Shown one piece after another: positions 18,496 through 28,196 of a stretch of 64,000 nucleotides of DNA (position 1 is the stretch's first letter; each line of letters opens with the position of its first letter). The notes below the pieces were generated by a model. That model saw nothing but the letters and a program-made list of their open reading frames with translations, was not told the origin of the DNA and made no database searches. The stretch lies in NCBI GenBank assembly GCA_013335095.1, contig JAAXWF010000003.1, positions 5,960 through 69,959 on the forward strand. Direction: 5' to 3'. Position numbers and translations under genes: made by a program. The stretch comes from a candidate division WWE3 bacterium. GTDB lineage: Bacteria > Patescibacteriota > 4484-211 > GCA-002791395.

Positions 18496-19641
18496 ATGTC
18501 AGACCGCAAAATCCGTATTGCTATTAATGGTTTCGGGCGAATTGGCCGCCAATCATTCAAGGCTTGCTTTGGTGTTAGCGACGATAGCCGAATGCATCTA
18601 TCTTCCCGAATTAATCCAAGTGAAATTGAACTCGTTGCTATTAATGATTTAACCGATCCTCGAGTACTCGCCCACTTGCTTAAATATGACAGTGTCTATG
18701 GTCGATTTACCAAAGACGTTTTAGTTGAAGTCGGTGGAGAAGTTATTGATTGGGAAGGGCATACTGCAGTTGATGACCATGTCGGAGATATTACCGGAAA
18801 AGAGGCCTATTTTGTTGTTAATGGTCAACGGGTTCGTGTTCTAGCCGAAAAAGATCCAACAAAACTTCCATGGAAAGAACTCGATATCGATGTAGTTTTA
18901 GAGTCGACTGGTGTATTCGAAACTTATACGAAAGCACGAGCTCATATTGATGCCGGTGCTAAACGCGTACTGATATCGGCTCCGGCTAAGGGGGAAGAGG
19001 GGACCGAAGGTAGAACGCTAGTCTTTGGTGCAGAATCTACCGATGAGCATATTGGTGAAATGGAAGTATCTTCCAATGGTTCTTGTACAACAAACTGCAT
19101 ATCTCCCGTTATCCAAGTGCTTCATTCTCATTTCGGTGTAGAAAAATCGTTAATGACTACAGTCCATGCATATACCGCAACTCAGCGATTAACTGATTCA
19201 CCTGATCCAAAAGATCTTCGAAGAGGGCGTGCGGCGGCAGAAAATATCGTACCATCGTCAACCGGTGCTGCTGTTGCTACTACACTGGTGATTCCTGGAT
19301 TAGCTAATAAATTTGATGGAATGGCGATGCGAGTTCCGGTTTCGACAGGCTCCATCTCTGATATTACTGCATTATTATCACGGGAGACAACCGTAGAAGA
19401 GATTAATCAATTATTTAAAGATAAATCAGAACATCCTATGTATAAAGATATTCTAGTTGCCTCAAACGAACCGTTGGTTTCGACTGATATAATTGGTAAC
19501 CCGGCCAGTGCAATTGTCGACTTAGAATTTACGCGCGTCGTCGGAGGAAATCTCGTTAAGGTTATCGCATGGTATGATAATGAATGGGGATATTCAAACC
19601 GACTTGTCGAAATGGCGGTAGAAACCGGTAGACGCTTATAG
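18496..19641 (+). CDS. gap: Glyceraldehyde-3-phosphate dehydrogenase, type I
   Basis: INGFGRIGR, LKYDSVYG, SNGSCTTNC, WYDNEWGYSNR. The second ATG is preferred because of the promoter position. Confidence 0.97.
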   Translation: MSDRKIRIAINGFGRIGRQSFKACFGVSDDSRMHLSSRINPSEIELVAINDLTDPRVLAHLLKYDSVYGRFTKDVLVEVGGEVIDWEGHTAVDDHVGDITGKEAYFVVNGQRVRVLAEKDPTKLPWKELDIDVVLESTGVFETYTKARAHIDAGAKRVLISAPAKGEEGTEGRTLVFGAESTDEHIGEMEVSSNGSCTTNCISPVIQVLHSHFGVEKSLMTTVHAYTATQRLTDSPDPKDLRRGRAAAENIVPSSTGAAVATTLVIPGLANKFDGMAMRVPVSTGSISDITALLSRETTVEEINQLFKDKSEHPMYKDILVASNEPLVSTDIIGNPASAIVDLEFTRVVGGNLVKVIAWYDNEWGYSNRLVEMAVETGRRL

Positions 19642-19694
19642 ATGTCTCTTATCCTTGCGTTTCGTGTCTTCCAATTGTGCGTTGGCTTCATTTT

Positions 19695-20387
19695 ATGAAT
19701 AAATATTGGGTTGTTGCAAACTGGAAATTAAACAATACCTACAGTACCGCAGAGGAATGGTTGCGTTTTTTTTATGATACATATACCCCTTCTGACCGCA
19801 TATCGGTTGGGATTGCGCCCTCTTTTACCGAACTTGGTCTTGTATCCCATACGGTTAAAAGAAATGCTGATCTCCCGGTTCAGATAATGGCTCAAGATGT
19901 CAGTCGGTTTAATGTCGGTAAATATACGGGTGAAGTCGGCGCTTTTCAGCTTTTAGAACATGGAGTCAGTCATTGTATCGTTGGTCATAGCGAACGTCGC
20001 CAGTATTTTAATGAGTCAAATGACGTTATTAATGAGAAAATTGAACGATTGTTGAATTACGATATCACTCCGCTTATTGCAGTTAGTGAGATTGAACAAG
20101 TACAGTCAGTATGTGAAAAGGGCTTTGATCTGTCCCGACTAACTTGGGCTTATGAGCCAATTTCAGCTATCGGTACAGGTAATCCCGCCGATCCGCATGT
20201 GGTTGCATCATTTCTTAAATCAATGAATCATTTAGTTGGTGAAGATGCATACATATTGTATGGAGGAAGCGTTACCGCTGAGACCGTAAAGCCCTATTTA
20301 GCCTTCGAACAAGTGGACGGCTTCTTAGTCGGGGGGGCTTCAGTAAAGGCTAATGAATTTATCGATTTATTACATTCAATACTATGA
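19695..20387 (+). CDS. tpiA: Triosephosphate isomerase
   Basis: VANWK, IVGHSERR, AYEP..AIGTG, LYGGSV, DGFLVGGAS. Confidence 0.95.
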   Translation: MNKYWVVANWKLNNTYSTAEEWLRFFYDTYTPSDRISVGIAPSFTELGLVSHTVKRNADLPVQIMAQDVSRFNVGKYTGEVGAFQLLEHGVSHCIVGHSERRQYFNESNDVINEKIERLLNYDITPLIAVSEIEQVQSVCEKGFDLSRLTWAYEPISAIGTGNPADPHVVASFLKSMNHLVGEDAYILYGGSVTAETVKPYLAFEQVDGFLVGGASVKANEFIDLLHSIL

Positions 20388-21550
20388 AATATCGCAGTTA
20401 TTCGAATAAACAAGCCGTTCGGACTAATCGGAATACCGATTCAAGCCATAAACCTGTCTTGTGGAAGGCTGTATTAGTCATATCGTTAATTGCAGTAGTA
20501 TTATTTGGCGTGAAGTTATTGGTTACGCCGATTGTTTCGGTCATTGCGGGTTTAGTTAAAGACTCGAGTGATTCAATCTCATTTTTTGCCAATCCTCAAA
20601 AAATAAAAGAAACAAATGGTGTAACGAATATTTTGCTTATCGGGGTCGATGAACGTGCAAAAGGCGGTTCATCATTAACTGATACCATGATAGTCGCGAG
20701 TTATCGACATTCGGATAATCGGTTAGTCTTGCTTTCTTTTCCTCGAGACTTATGGGTAAAAGTCCCTAAATTTGATGGTGTGAATGAATTCTATACTAAA
20801 ATAAATGGTGTATATACAACTGGGGAAGATAATGGATATAGCTCTAGTGATGGTGGTCTCGGTGGGGGCGTTGGGTTATTAGCAAAGGTGCTACAGGATT
20901 ATGCCGGGGTTCCAATTCATTATTATGCCAAAATAAACTTCAATGGTTTCCAGAAGGCGATTGATGAGGTCGGCGGTGTGGATGTTTATGTTGAGAATAC
21001 CTTTACCGATTACGAATATCCTAAGATGGGGTATGAAAATGCACCATGGGAAACCCGATGGGAAGTATTGAACTTTAAACAAGGGTGGCAGCATATGGAC
21101 GGAACTACTGCGCTCAAGTATGCCCGGAGCCGTCATGCGTACGGTCCAGAAGGGTCTGATTTTGCTCGTGCTCGACGACAGCAGAAGGTTATTTTAGCCT
21201 TAAAAGAAAGAATCGTATCAAATCAAACGCTCTTCAATCCAACTCGACTTCAAAATTTATACATGGCTTTATCATCGGAGTTTGATACCAATATTTCACT
21301 AAATGAATTGCCAATTTTTTATGACCTATTTAAAGAGATCGGTGGCGATTTCTCCACAGTTAAGACATACGTGCTATCAAATGGTGATGACGAAGCTGGT
21401 ATTTTATATAACCCTGACCCAAGCCAATATGGAGGGGCATACGTGTTGATACCAAAGGATGGATGGCAAGCATTTAAGGAGTTTATCGATACGATATTAT
21501 TCAGTGAAGAAGCACTTACGCCAACTCCGACATCCGAAGATACCGAGTAG
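20384..21550 (+). CDS. LCP (LytR-CpsA-Psr) family glycopolymer transferase
   Basis: N-terminal TM; NILLIGVD, TDTMIVAS, SFPRDLWV, ALKYARSRH, SDFARARRQQ. Confidence 0.93.
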   Translation: MKYRSYSNKQAVRTNRNTDSSHKPVLWKAVLVISLIAVVLFGVKLLVTPIVSVIAGLVKDSSDSISFFANPQKIKETNGVTNILLIGVDERAKGGSSLTDTMIVASYRHSDNRLVLLSFPRDLWVKVPKFDGVNEFYTKINGVYTTGEDNGYSSSDGGLGGGVGLLAKVLQDYAGVPIHYYAKINFNGFQKAIDEVGGVDVYVENTFTDYEYPKMGYENAPWETRWEVLNFKQGWQHMDGTTALKYARSRHAYGPEGSDFARARRQQKVILALKERIVSNQTLFNPTRLQNLYMALSSEFDTNISLNELPIFYDLFKEIGGDFSTVKTYVLSNGDDEAGILYNPDPSQYGGAYVLIPKDGWQAFKEFIDTILFSEEALTPTPTSEDTE

Positions 21551-21577
21551 TTTTAAATTCTGTGAGACAATAAAGAA

Positions 21578-22444
21578 ATGAAGTTACTCATATTAGGACC
21601 TGATTCTTACCGCGCCAGTAAATATATACGAAGTCTACCAGGTAATAAATTAATCTTTATTGATCATCCCAATGACATTGAGCGTTATATTCTGGAGCTA
21701 AATCAACTCGGATTATTTGGAGATCTATCATTATATGTCTTTAAAAATGTACTGATCCATTTAGAACCACATTTTGAGGTTATATTAAAAACACAGACCC
21801 CGCTTATTATTTGGGAAGAAAAAGATAAGATCGACACGCGCAAGAAAAATATCAAATCTTTCATTGATATACTCGATAAAAAAATGTTTTTGCCGTTAAC
21901 GGTACCCGAAGCGACTGAATGGTTGATTCGTAATGGGAATGATTTAAATATAGAGCTACGAAGGGATAGTGCACGAATGCTTATTGATTACCATGGTCTT
22001 GATGCGGGAACCTTGGAAAACGAACTGATCAAACTAGCACTATATGCTAAAAGTCAGGATACTCATTTAATTGAACCCAGCCATGTTAGCCTTCTGAGTC
22101 AGTCCAATACCGAAATTAGCATATTTGATATTCTGGATAATATCTTGTCAAGAAAAATTAGCCAAGCCGGACGGCAACTTATCGATTATCGCAAACGCAA
22201 TCAAGACGAATGGTATTTTTTCGTTATGTTGGTAAAACAAATGAGAATGCTACTCCAGTTAAGCTATGGTATTCAACCGGATGGACATCCTTTCGTAATT
22301 CAAAAGATATCTAAATTAACCAAGTTATGGAATAAAGAAGCTCTTGCTGATAAATATACACAACTACTAACGATTGAGCTTAAAGTAAAAAAAGGGGAAA
22401 GTGAACTTTGTCCTGAGCTTACACGCTGGCTTTATCAGAAGTAA
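21578..22444 (+). CDS. holA: DNA polymerase III delta subunit
   Basis: LENELIKLALY, SIFDILD, HPFVIQK, ELKVKKG; convergent with rpsT as in many bacteria. Confidence 0.85.
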   Translation: MKLLILGPDSYRASKYIRSLPGNKLIFIDHPNDIERYILELNQLGLFGDLSLYVFKNVLIHLEPHFEVILKTQTPLIIWEEKDKIDTRKKNIKSFIDILDKKMFLPLTVPEATEWLIRNGNDLNIELRRDSARMLIDYHGLDAGTLENELIKLALYAKSQDTHLIEPSHVSLLSQSNTEISIFDILDNILSRKISQAGRQLIDYRKRNQDEWYFFVMLVKQMRMLLQLSYGIQPDGHPFVIQKISKLTKLWNKEALADKYTQLLTIELKVKKGESELCPELTRWLYQK

Positions 22445-22670
22445 GCAAAGCTGAAAGTCGCGATTTGATTCGGCTGGCTTTATTATCATGAATAATACCC
22501 TTTTTAGCTGCGGTATCGAGCTCTGAAAAGACCTTTTTAAGGTTTTCAACTGTTGGATTTTGGCGCATTTCGCGAATTGCAGATTTTACGGTTTTCATTA
22601 CCCGTAAATTGAATATTCTGCGCCGATTTTGCACCCGTAATGTTCGTATTGCTGACTGTCGTACTGGCAT
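22419..22670 (-). CDS. rpsT: 30S ribosomal protein S20
   Basis: SAIRTLR; LDTAAKKGIIHDNKASRIKSRL. Confidence 0.95.
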   Translation of the reverse strand: MPVRQSAIRTLRVQNRRRIFNLRVMKTVKSAIREMRQNPTVENLKKVFSELDTAAKKGIIHDNKASRIKSRLSALLTSDKASV

Positions 22671-22713
22671 AGATTGACCTTATGTAACGAGGAGTATATC
22701 ATATTTAACGTCA

Positions 22714-24408
22714 ATGGTAAAGAAAATTCTACGTAAGAGCGTACAGAATGGAAGTAATATTCTATTCCAGAAACAGAAAACTATTCTATCAGGTGCCTTT
22801 GTCATCGCAATTATGTTATTTGCGAGTGCCATATTAGGGCTAATCCGTAAAAGATTATATGCAAGTGTAATCACTCCAGGACCAGAGTTAGACGTGTTCT
22901 TTGCTGCTTTCAGGCTTCCAGATCTAGTGTTCCAGTTCTTAATCGGTGGATCACTAAATGCAGCCTTTATTCCAATATTCTCAAGTTTTATCGCTAAGCA
23001 CGATCGCGAGAAGACCTGGGAATTTGTATCCTCAATCTTGAACATTTCAGCAATATTATTTTCGATTATGGCGGTTATTTTTTATGTATTTGCCCGACCT
23101 TTCGCTATTCTCATTGGTCCAGGTTTTAATGCGGGGCAAATCGATTTATTAGTTGATTTAATGCGGATTTTGCTTCTAGCTCCGATATTACTTGGAATCT
23201 CCAGTTTTGTTGCTGGAACCCTACAATCATTTAAGCGGTTCTTTTTACCTTTTTTTTCACCGGTAATTTACAATCTCGGGGCAATATTAGGAATAGTCTT
23301 GTTCTACCCTGCATTCGGTATGAAAGGTGCTGCCTGGGGTGTCGTAATAGGCGCTGCTGGCCACTTTTTAATCCAACTGCCAGCACTTTATCATATCGGG
23401 TTTAAATATTCCCCTAAAGTACACTTTAAAGATGTCTATCTTATGAAAATGCTTAAGTTGTCGTTGCCTCGAACCATTGGGTCCGGTATCGAACAGATCA
23501 AAAGTGTTATATTAGTAAATCTTGCCTCATTTTTGCAACCTGGGAGTATTTCGTTTTTTGATTTAGGCCAAAGTATCGCGAATGTACCCCTTTCTATACT
23601 CGGTTATTCGCTCGCTCAGGCCAGTTTTCCCCAATTTGCGGCGTTATATGCCAAAAATGATCTTGTGAACTTGAGAAAAACTTTTAGTAGCTCTTTTAAT
23701 CAAATTATGTTTTTCATTATGCCAATTAGTGTATTCTTGGTTGTTCTGAAGATTCCAGTCGTTCGTTTAATCTATGGTACTGGCGATTTTAGCTGGCAGG
23801 ATACCGTATTAACCTCTTGGGTTGTTGCATTATTTGGAGTAGGTATTTTTGCCCAAGCATTAAATAGTTTAATGTTTCGTCTCTGTTATGCCCTTCACGA
23901 AACAAAACTTCCGCTTGTACTGGCTTTTGTCAGTATGGGAGTAAGCCTTGTTTCGGCTGGAGCGATATTATTTATCTTTAAATGGTGGGATGTCAGGGCG
24001 TTAGCATTTGCCGTAACCATGGGATCCTTAGTCGAGTTCGTTTTGCTGCTGGGGGCATTAGTTAGGCGGGAATTAATAGAGCCAAAAACATTTTTAATCA
24101 CTCCAATCAAGATTTTAATGAGTTCTTTATTGATGGTTGTTATTGTTTATCTCCCAGTACAAATCTTAGATGAGGTTTTTATTGATACTAAGAGGGTTGT
24201 TAATCTAATAATTCTCGTGTGGTTAGTCTCATCACTTGGTATCACGACCTACTTATTTATGAATTGGATATTCGGGGTACCAGAGCTTAAAGTGGTATTT
24301 AAGATCCTTTTGAAAATGAAAGACTTTCGGGCGGGGGTCGAGCGTTTTGCTCGATCTACACAGCTTGTTTCAACCAATATTCTCAACGATACGAGCGAAA
24401 AAGAATAA
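22714..24408 (+). CDS. murJ: Lipid II flippase MurJ/MviN
   Basis: DVFFAAFRLPD, AAFIPIF, PVIYNL, LIQLP, SFP; about 14 TMs. Confidence 0.92.
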   Translation: MVKKILRKSVQNGSNILFQKQKTILSGAFVIAIMLFASAILGLIRKRLYASVITPGPELDVFFAAFRLPDLVFQFLIGGSLNAAFIPIFSSFIAKHDREKTWEFVSSILNISAILFSIMAVIFYVFARPFAILIGPGFNAGQIDLLVDLMRILLLAPILLGISSFVAGTLQSFKRFFLPFFSPVIYNLGAILGIVLFYPAFGMKGAAWGVVIGAAGHFLIQLPALYHIGFKYSPKVHFKDVYLMKMLKLSLPRTIGSGIEQIKSVILVNLASFLQPGSISFFDLGQSIANVPLSILGYSLAQASFPQFAALYAKNDLVNLRKTFSSSFNQIMFFIMPISVFLVVLKIPVVRLIYGTGDFSWQDTVLTSWVVALFGVGIFAQALNSLMFRLCYALHETKLPLVLAFVSMGVSLVSAGAILFIFKWWDVRALAFAVTMGSLVEFVLLLGALVRRELIEPKTFLITPIKILMSSLLMVVIVYLPVQILDEVFIDTKRVVNLIILVWLVSSLGITTYLFMNWIFGVPELKVVFKILLKMKDFRAGVERFARSTQLVSTNILNDTSEKE

Positions 24409-24463
24409 TTTACATGGATAAACAAGGTAGCTCAAATTCACGATTTACGCTAAAATCATTCCC

Positions 24464-25105
24464 ATGAAAAGGGCCGGTGACATATTAAAAGAAGAACGTA
24501 TTCGTCAGGAGTTAACGCTTGATGAAATTGCCCGTCGAACTAAAGTACGCAAAGAATTTCTTGAGCTTATCGAAAATGGACAGTACGACAAATTGCCCAG
24601 TCAAGTTTATATTAGAGGCTTTATAAGTAGTTATGCAACATCCTTAGGTCTTGATGCGGATAAGGTTATTCCCTTTTATCGGCGAGAACGGAAAAAGGTT
24701 GAATCATCAAGCGAATCTACTAATATTCCACAACCGATCGCGCAGCAGAAGTTTAGATTAACTCCCGGGAAAATACTGATGGCGATCGTATCAGTTGCAT
24801 TGACTGCATTTCTAATATTCTTATTCATTCAGTATCGTAATTATGCGGGTGCCCCGGTGCTGATTGTCGATTCTCCGATTAACAATAGTTCTACCACTGA
24901 CTCAAATATTGAAGTTACTGGCAAGGCTGATTCTGAGACTGAAGTAACGATTAATGGCGAAATCGTTCCCCTCAAGATAGATGGGAGTTTCCAGGTAAGT
25001 TTTTCACTTAATGATGGAATTAACAGGATCAGAATTATAGCAACTAGCAAATTGGGTAAAAAGAATGTTATCGAACGGGTTATCGACAAAAAGCCCAGCT
25101 CATAA
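24464..25105 (+). CDS. RodZ-like protein: HTH, TM and C-terminal Ig-like domain
   Basis: GDILKEERI..ELTLDEI; LIENGQYDKLPSQVYIRGFISSYA..LGL; TM; VTGKAD...INGE...DGSF...L.DGIN.I.I.A. Confidence 0.85.
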   Translation: MKRAGDILKEERIRQELTLDEIARRTKVRKEFLELIENGQYDKLPSQVYIRGFISSYATSLGLDADKVIPFYRRERKKVESSSESTNIPQPIAQQKFRLTPGKILMAIVSVALTAFLIFLFIQYRNYAGAPVLIVDSPINNSSTTDSNIEVTGKADSETEVTINGEIVPLKIDGSFQVSFSLNDGINRIRIIATSKLGKKNVIERVIDKKPSS

Positions 25106-25150
25106 ACTTGACGAAGGGCATGTCGATTGAGTACACTGAACGTACTGCCT

Positions 25151-25474
25151 ATGGAAACAGCTACACAAGTTGTATTGATAATAATGATTCTCCTGCTTGG
25201 TTCTACGTTATCTGCGGTCGGAATAATGTTTTTTTTCGTCCTCAAAGATATGCGTATTAGTGTTCAAAAGGTCAATACAATCCTCGATGATGTAAAGCTT
25301 GCCAGTGATAATATTACTTCAAGTAGCGAGCTTGTTAAGGAAACCGTATCCGATCTTCATAATTCAATTAAATTTATCCATAATGAACTTTCTTCTCCTG
25401 TATCAATTATGTTTAACGTTATGCGGGGATTCCGATCCATGTTTGATTCGAAAGGAGGGGAAGACGATGAGTGA
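25151..25474 (+). CDS. DUF948/YoxC-like membrane-anchored coiled-coil protein
   Basis: N-terminal TM plus heptad region; lies directly before the YtxH gene; promoter TTGACG-18-TACACT upstream. Confidence 0.65.
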   Translation: METATQVVLIIMILLLGSTLSAVGIMFFFVLKDMRISVQKVNTILDDVKLASDNITSSSELVKETVSDLHNSIKFIHNELSSPVSIMFNVMRGFRSMFDSKGGEDDE

Positions 25475-25883
25475 GTCAAAAAGTAAGAGTTTCTTAGTCG
25501 GGGCTATATTAGGTGTTGCAGTTGGGTCTGTTACGGGTCTTTTATTAGCACCTAAGAAAGGCCAAGATACACGTAAGATTCTCAAGAAGAGATTTGAAAC
25601 ATACGGAAACAAAGTTAATAAAAGTATACAAGAGCTTTCTGATAAAGGTGTCACGTTACCTGAAGAAGCTATAAAAATGGGTAAAAACCTCCTTGATGCG
25701 GCCGAAAATAAATTAGAACAAGTTGTAAGTGCTGTCGAGCAAGCAGGTGGAGATATTGAGTCTCAATCTAAACCTACCCAAGAACTACCAATAGAACCAT
25801 CTCAATCGATATCCGAGGGAGATACTAATAATACACAGCAGGATCAAACTCCACGAAAAAAACGTTTTTTTAAAGGGATCTAA
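25467..25883 (+). CDS. YtxH-domain protein
   Basis: FLVGAILGVAVG...GLLLAPKKGQDTR; AAAGGAGG SD. Confidence 0.88.
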   Translation: MSESKSKSFLVGAILGVAVGSVTGLLLAPKKGQDTRKILKKRFETYGNKVNKSIQELSDKGVTLPEEAIKMGKNLLDAAENKLEQVVSAVEQAGGDIESQSKPTQELPIEPSQSISEGDTNNTQQDQTPRKKRFFKGI

Positions 25884-28101
25884 TTTGACTTAAGAATTGT
25901 TGGGCTGCCTCAGTGTGGACATCACGAGGATTGCTACCATCCTGAGGCCCCACCATTCCTTTTTCCTCTAGTTCATCAAGTAATCGAGCCGCACGAGCGT
26001 ACCCAACTTTAAGACGTCTTTGCAGAAGGGAAGCTGATGCTTTGTCATGATTTAATATGACCTCGACTGCCTCAATAAACTTATCGTCTTCTGGCTGTAT
26101 CGGCGTTAACCCATTATTTACCGGTCCAGTAATCGGGTTTGATGGCGAATCTATACTTTCCGTATTTGAAAAGGTGTTTACATTAGTCATATATGGAGAT
26201 TGATATTGTGCTAGATGTTGTGTTATACGATGAATTTCTTCATCGGTTAAATAGACGCCCTGGACGCGTTTGGGTTTACCTGCATCAGAGGGCAAATAAA
26301 ACATATCACCCTTACCCAGTAGTTTTTCCGCCCCGACTGAATCTAATATCACGCGAGAATCCGTACCCGATGCCACTGCTAATGCGATACGAGTTGGTAT
26401 GTTGGCTTTGATTAAGCCTGTTATGACATCTACGCTCGGTCGCTGGGTGGCGAGAATCATAAAGATACCTGTGGCACGGGCCTTCTGAGCTATTCTGGTG
26501 ATAAGAAGTTCCATCTCGTTACCAGCAAACGCCATTAGATCAGCGAGCTCATCTACAATCATTACGATATACGGCATGTCTTCGGTATCTTCTCTACTAT
26601 TGTAATCTGCGAGGTTCCGCACCCGTACTGATTCAAAGATACGATAACGGCGTTCCATCTCCTCTACGGCCCATTTAAACGCGTTTACGACCTTATCAGG
26701 CTCTACTATGACTGGAGTTTGTAGATGGGGAATATCGTTATATTGAGTGAACTCTACACGCTTAGGATCTACCATAATAAATGAGACTTCGGTTGGCTTC
26801 GCTCTGTAAAGAATCGAACAAATTATTGTATGGAGCAAGAACGATTTACCTGATCCTGTCGAACCAGCGATCAATATATGAGGCCACTTTGCGACATCTG
26901 CGATTACCGGTTTGCCTGATACATCTTCACCCAAAGCGACGGCTAGTTTGGATTGATAATTCTTCATTTCTGGCGATAGAAGCATACTCTTCATTGATAC
27001 TAATGCGAGCGTTAAATTCGGCACTTCTATTCCAATAAGACGTTTTCCTGGAATCGGTGCTTCAATACGAACACTTCCGGTAGGGGAAGCGAGCGCGAGT
27101 GCCAAATCATTTTGTAAACTGGTAATTTTATTGCTGCGTGTACCTTCTGCTAGGTCGATTGCATACTGAGTAACTGAGGGTCCAATATTTACCTCTGCTA
27201 TTCTTGCTTGAATACCAAAGTTCTGAAGGGTTCGTTCGATAATACGAGCATTCCTTTCGATGCTTTCTTTATCAGTGGTGATCTCTTTAGGGTTATTCAA
27301 TAAGGCAATAGTGGGTGATTCATAGGGAAGATCCAAGACTGCGGTTTCGTAATTTGGTTGCTTGAGCGGTGCCGTCCCTGCAGCCGGTATTGTCGTAGAT
27401 ACAGGTTTTGTTGGAGTCTCTTCATCATCCATAACTTCTATATCAGCAATTTTTTGGGCATCTCTTCCCGATATGCTGTAAGAAGGTATATTAGTGGTTT
27501 CCACAGTCTCTTCTTGTTGGTCAGCGTCTTCGTTATCTGCAGAATCTGTAATTGGCATTCGGGCAAATAGATTATTTATTTTAGGCTTAATGCTAATAAG
27601 GTACAGGTTAACCAAACGAATGTGTGTTTGGTTGAGGATACTAAAGAAATCCTCTAATGATGCATTAAACATAATTAATAGGGCTATAGATATAATAAAA
27701 AATGTAGTTAATATCGTACCTACAGGCGTAATATATTCAGATAAGAAAGTATTAATAGTGCCTCCAATAAAACCTCCTAGTTTATTCGAGAAAACACCAA
27801 GAAATGTCGAAAAACTAATCGATAAAAGTAAGCTGCCCCACAACATATGCGGTTGTGCTATCGAATATTGGAGTTTTGTTAAATTTAAACCTAAGACAAT
27901 AAGAATAATTGGCACCAATATTGCGGCACCGCCCATAAGATAAATAACAAATTGATTTAAGAAATTATCTACCCCGAGCAAACCACCAATATAGCTGATC
28001 GCCACTAGTAGTCCTACCAATATAAGTATTAATGCAAATATTGATTGCAGGCTTGATGCATTTAACTTGAGTTTCCACCAACTTTTTTTACGTCTGGGCA
28101 T
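25870..28101 (-). CDS. ftsK: DNA translocase FtsK/SpoIIIE
   Basis: Four N-terminal TMs; RIEAPIPGK, AGSTGSGKS, IVDELADLM, ATQRPSVDV; gamma domain SLLQRRLKVGYARAAR. Confidence 0.97.
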   Translation of the reverse strand: MPRRKKSWWKLKLNASSLQSIFALILILVGLLVAISYIGGLLGVDNFLNQFVIYLMGGAAILVPIILIVLGLNLTKLQYSIAQPHMLWGSLLLSISFSTFLGVFSNKLGGFIGGTINTFLSEYITPVGTILTTFFIISIALLIMFNASLEDFFSILNQTHIRLVNLYLISIKPKINNLFARMPITDSADNEDADQQEETVETTNIPSYSISGRDAQKIADIEVMDDEETPTKPVSTTIPAAGTAPLKQPNYETAVLDLPYESPTIALLNNPKEITTDKESIERNARIIERTLQNFGIQARIAEVNIGPSVTQYAIDLAEGTRSNKITSLQNDLALALASPTGSVRIEAPIPGKRLIGIEVPNLTLALVSMKSMLLSPEMKNYQSKLAVALGEDVSGKPVIADVAKWPHILIAGSTGSGKSFLLHTIICSILYRAKPTEVSFIMVDPKRVEFTQYNDIPHLQTPVIVEPDKVVNAFKWAVEEMERRYRIFESVRVRNLADYNSREDTEDMPYIVMIVDELADLMAFAGNEMELLITRIAQKARATGIFMILATQRPSVDVITGLIKANIPTRIALAVASGTDSRVILDSVGAEKLLGKGDMFYLPSDAGKPKRVQGVYLTDEEIHRITQHLAQYQSPYMTNVNTFSNTESIDSPSNPITGPVNNGLTPIQPEDDKFIEAVEVILNHDKASASLLQRRLKVGYARAARLLDELEEKGMVGPQDGSNPRDVHTEAAQQFLSQIRSL

Positions 28102-28196
28102 AGTGATGAATATTTAATTAATTTTAACAGAATATCCGTTACTCACTTTATTATACACATTCGTCGTATCGTGAGAAATGTTAGTATGAGGCGAAA

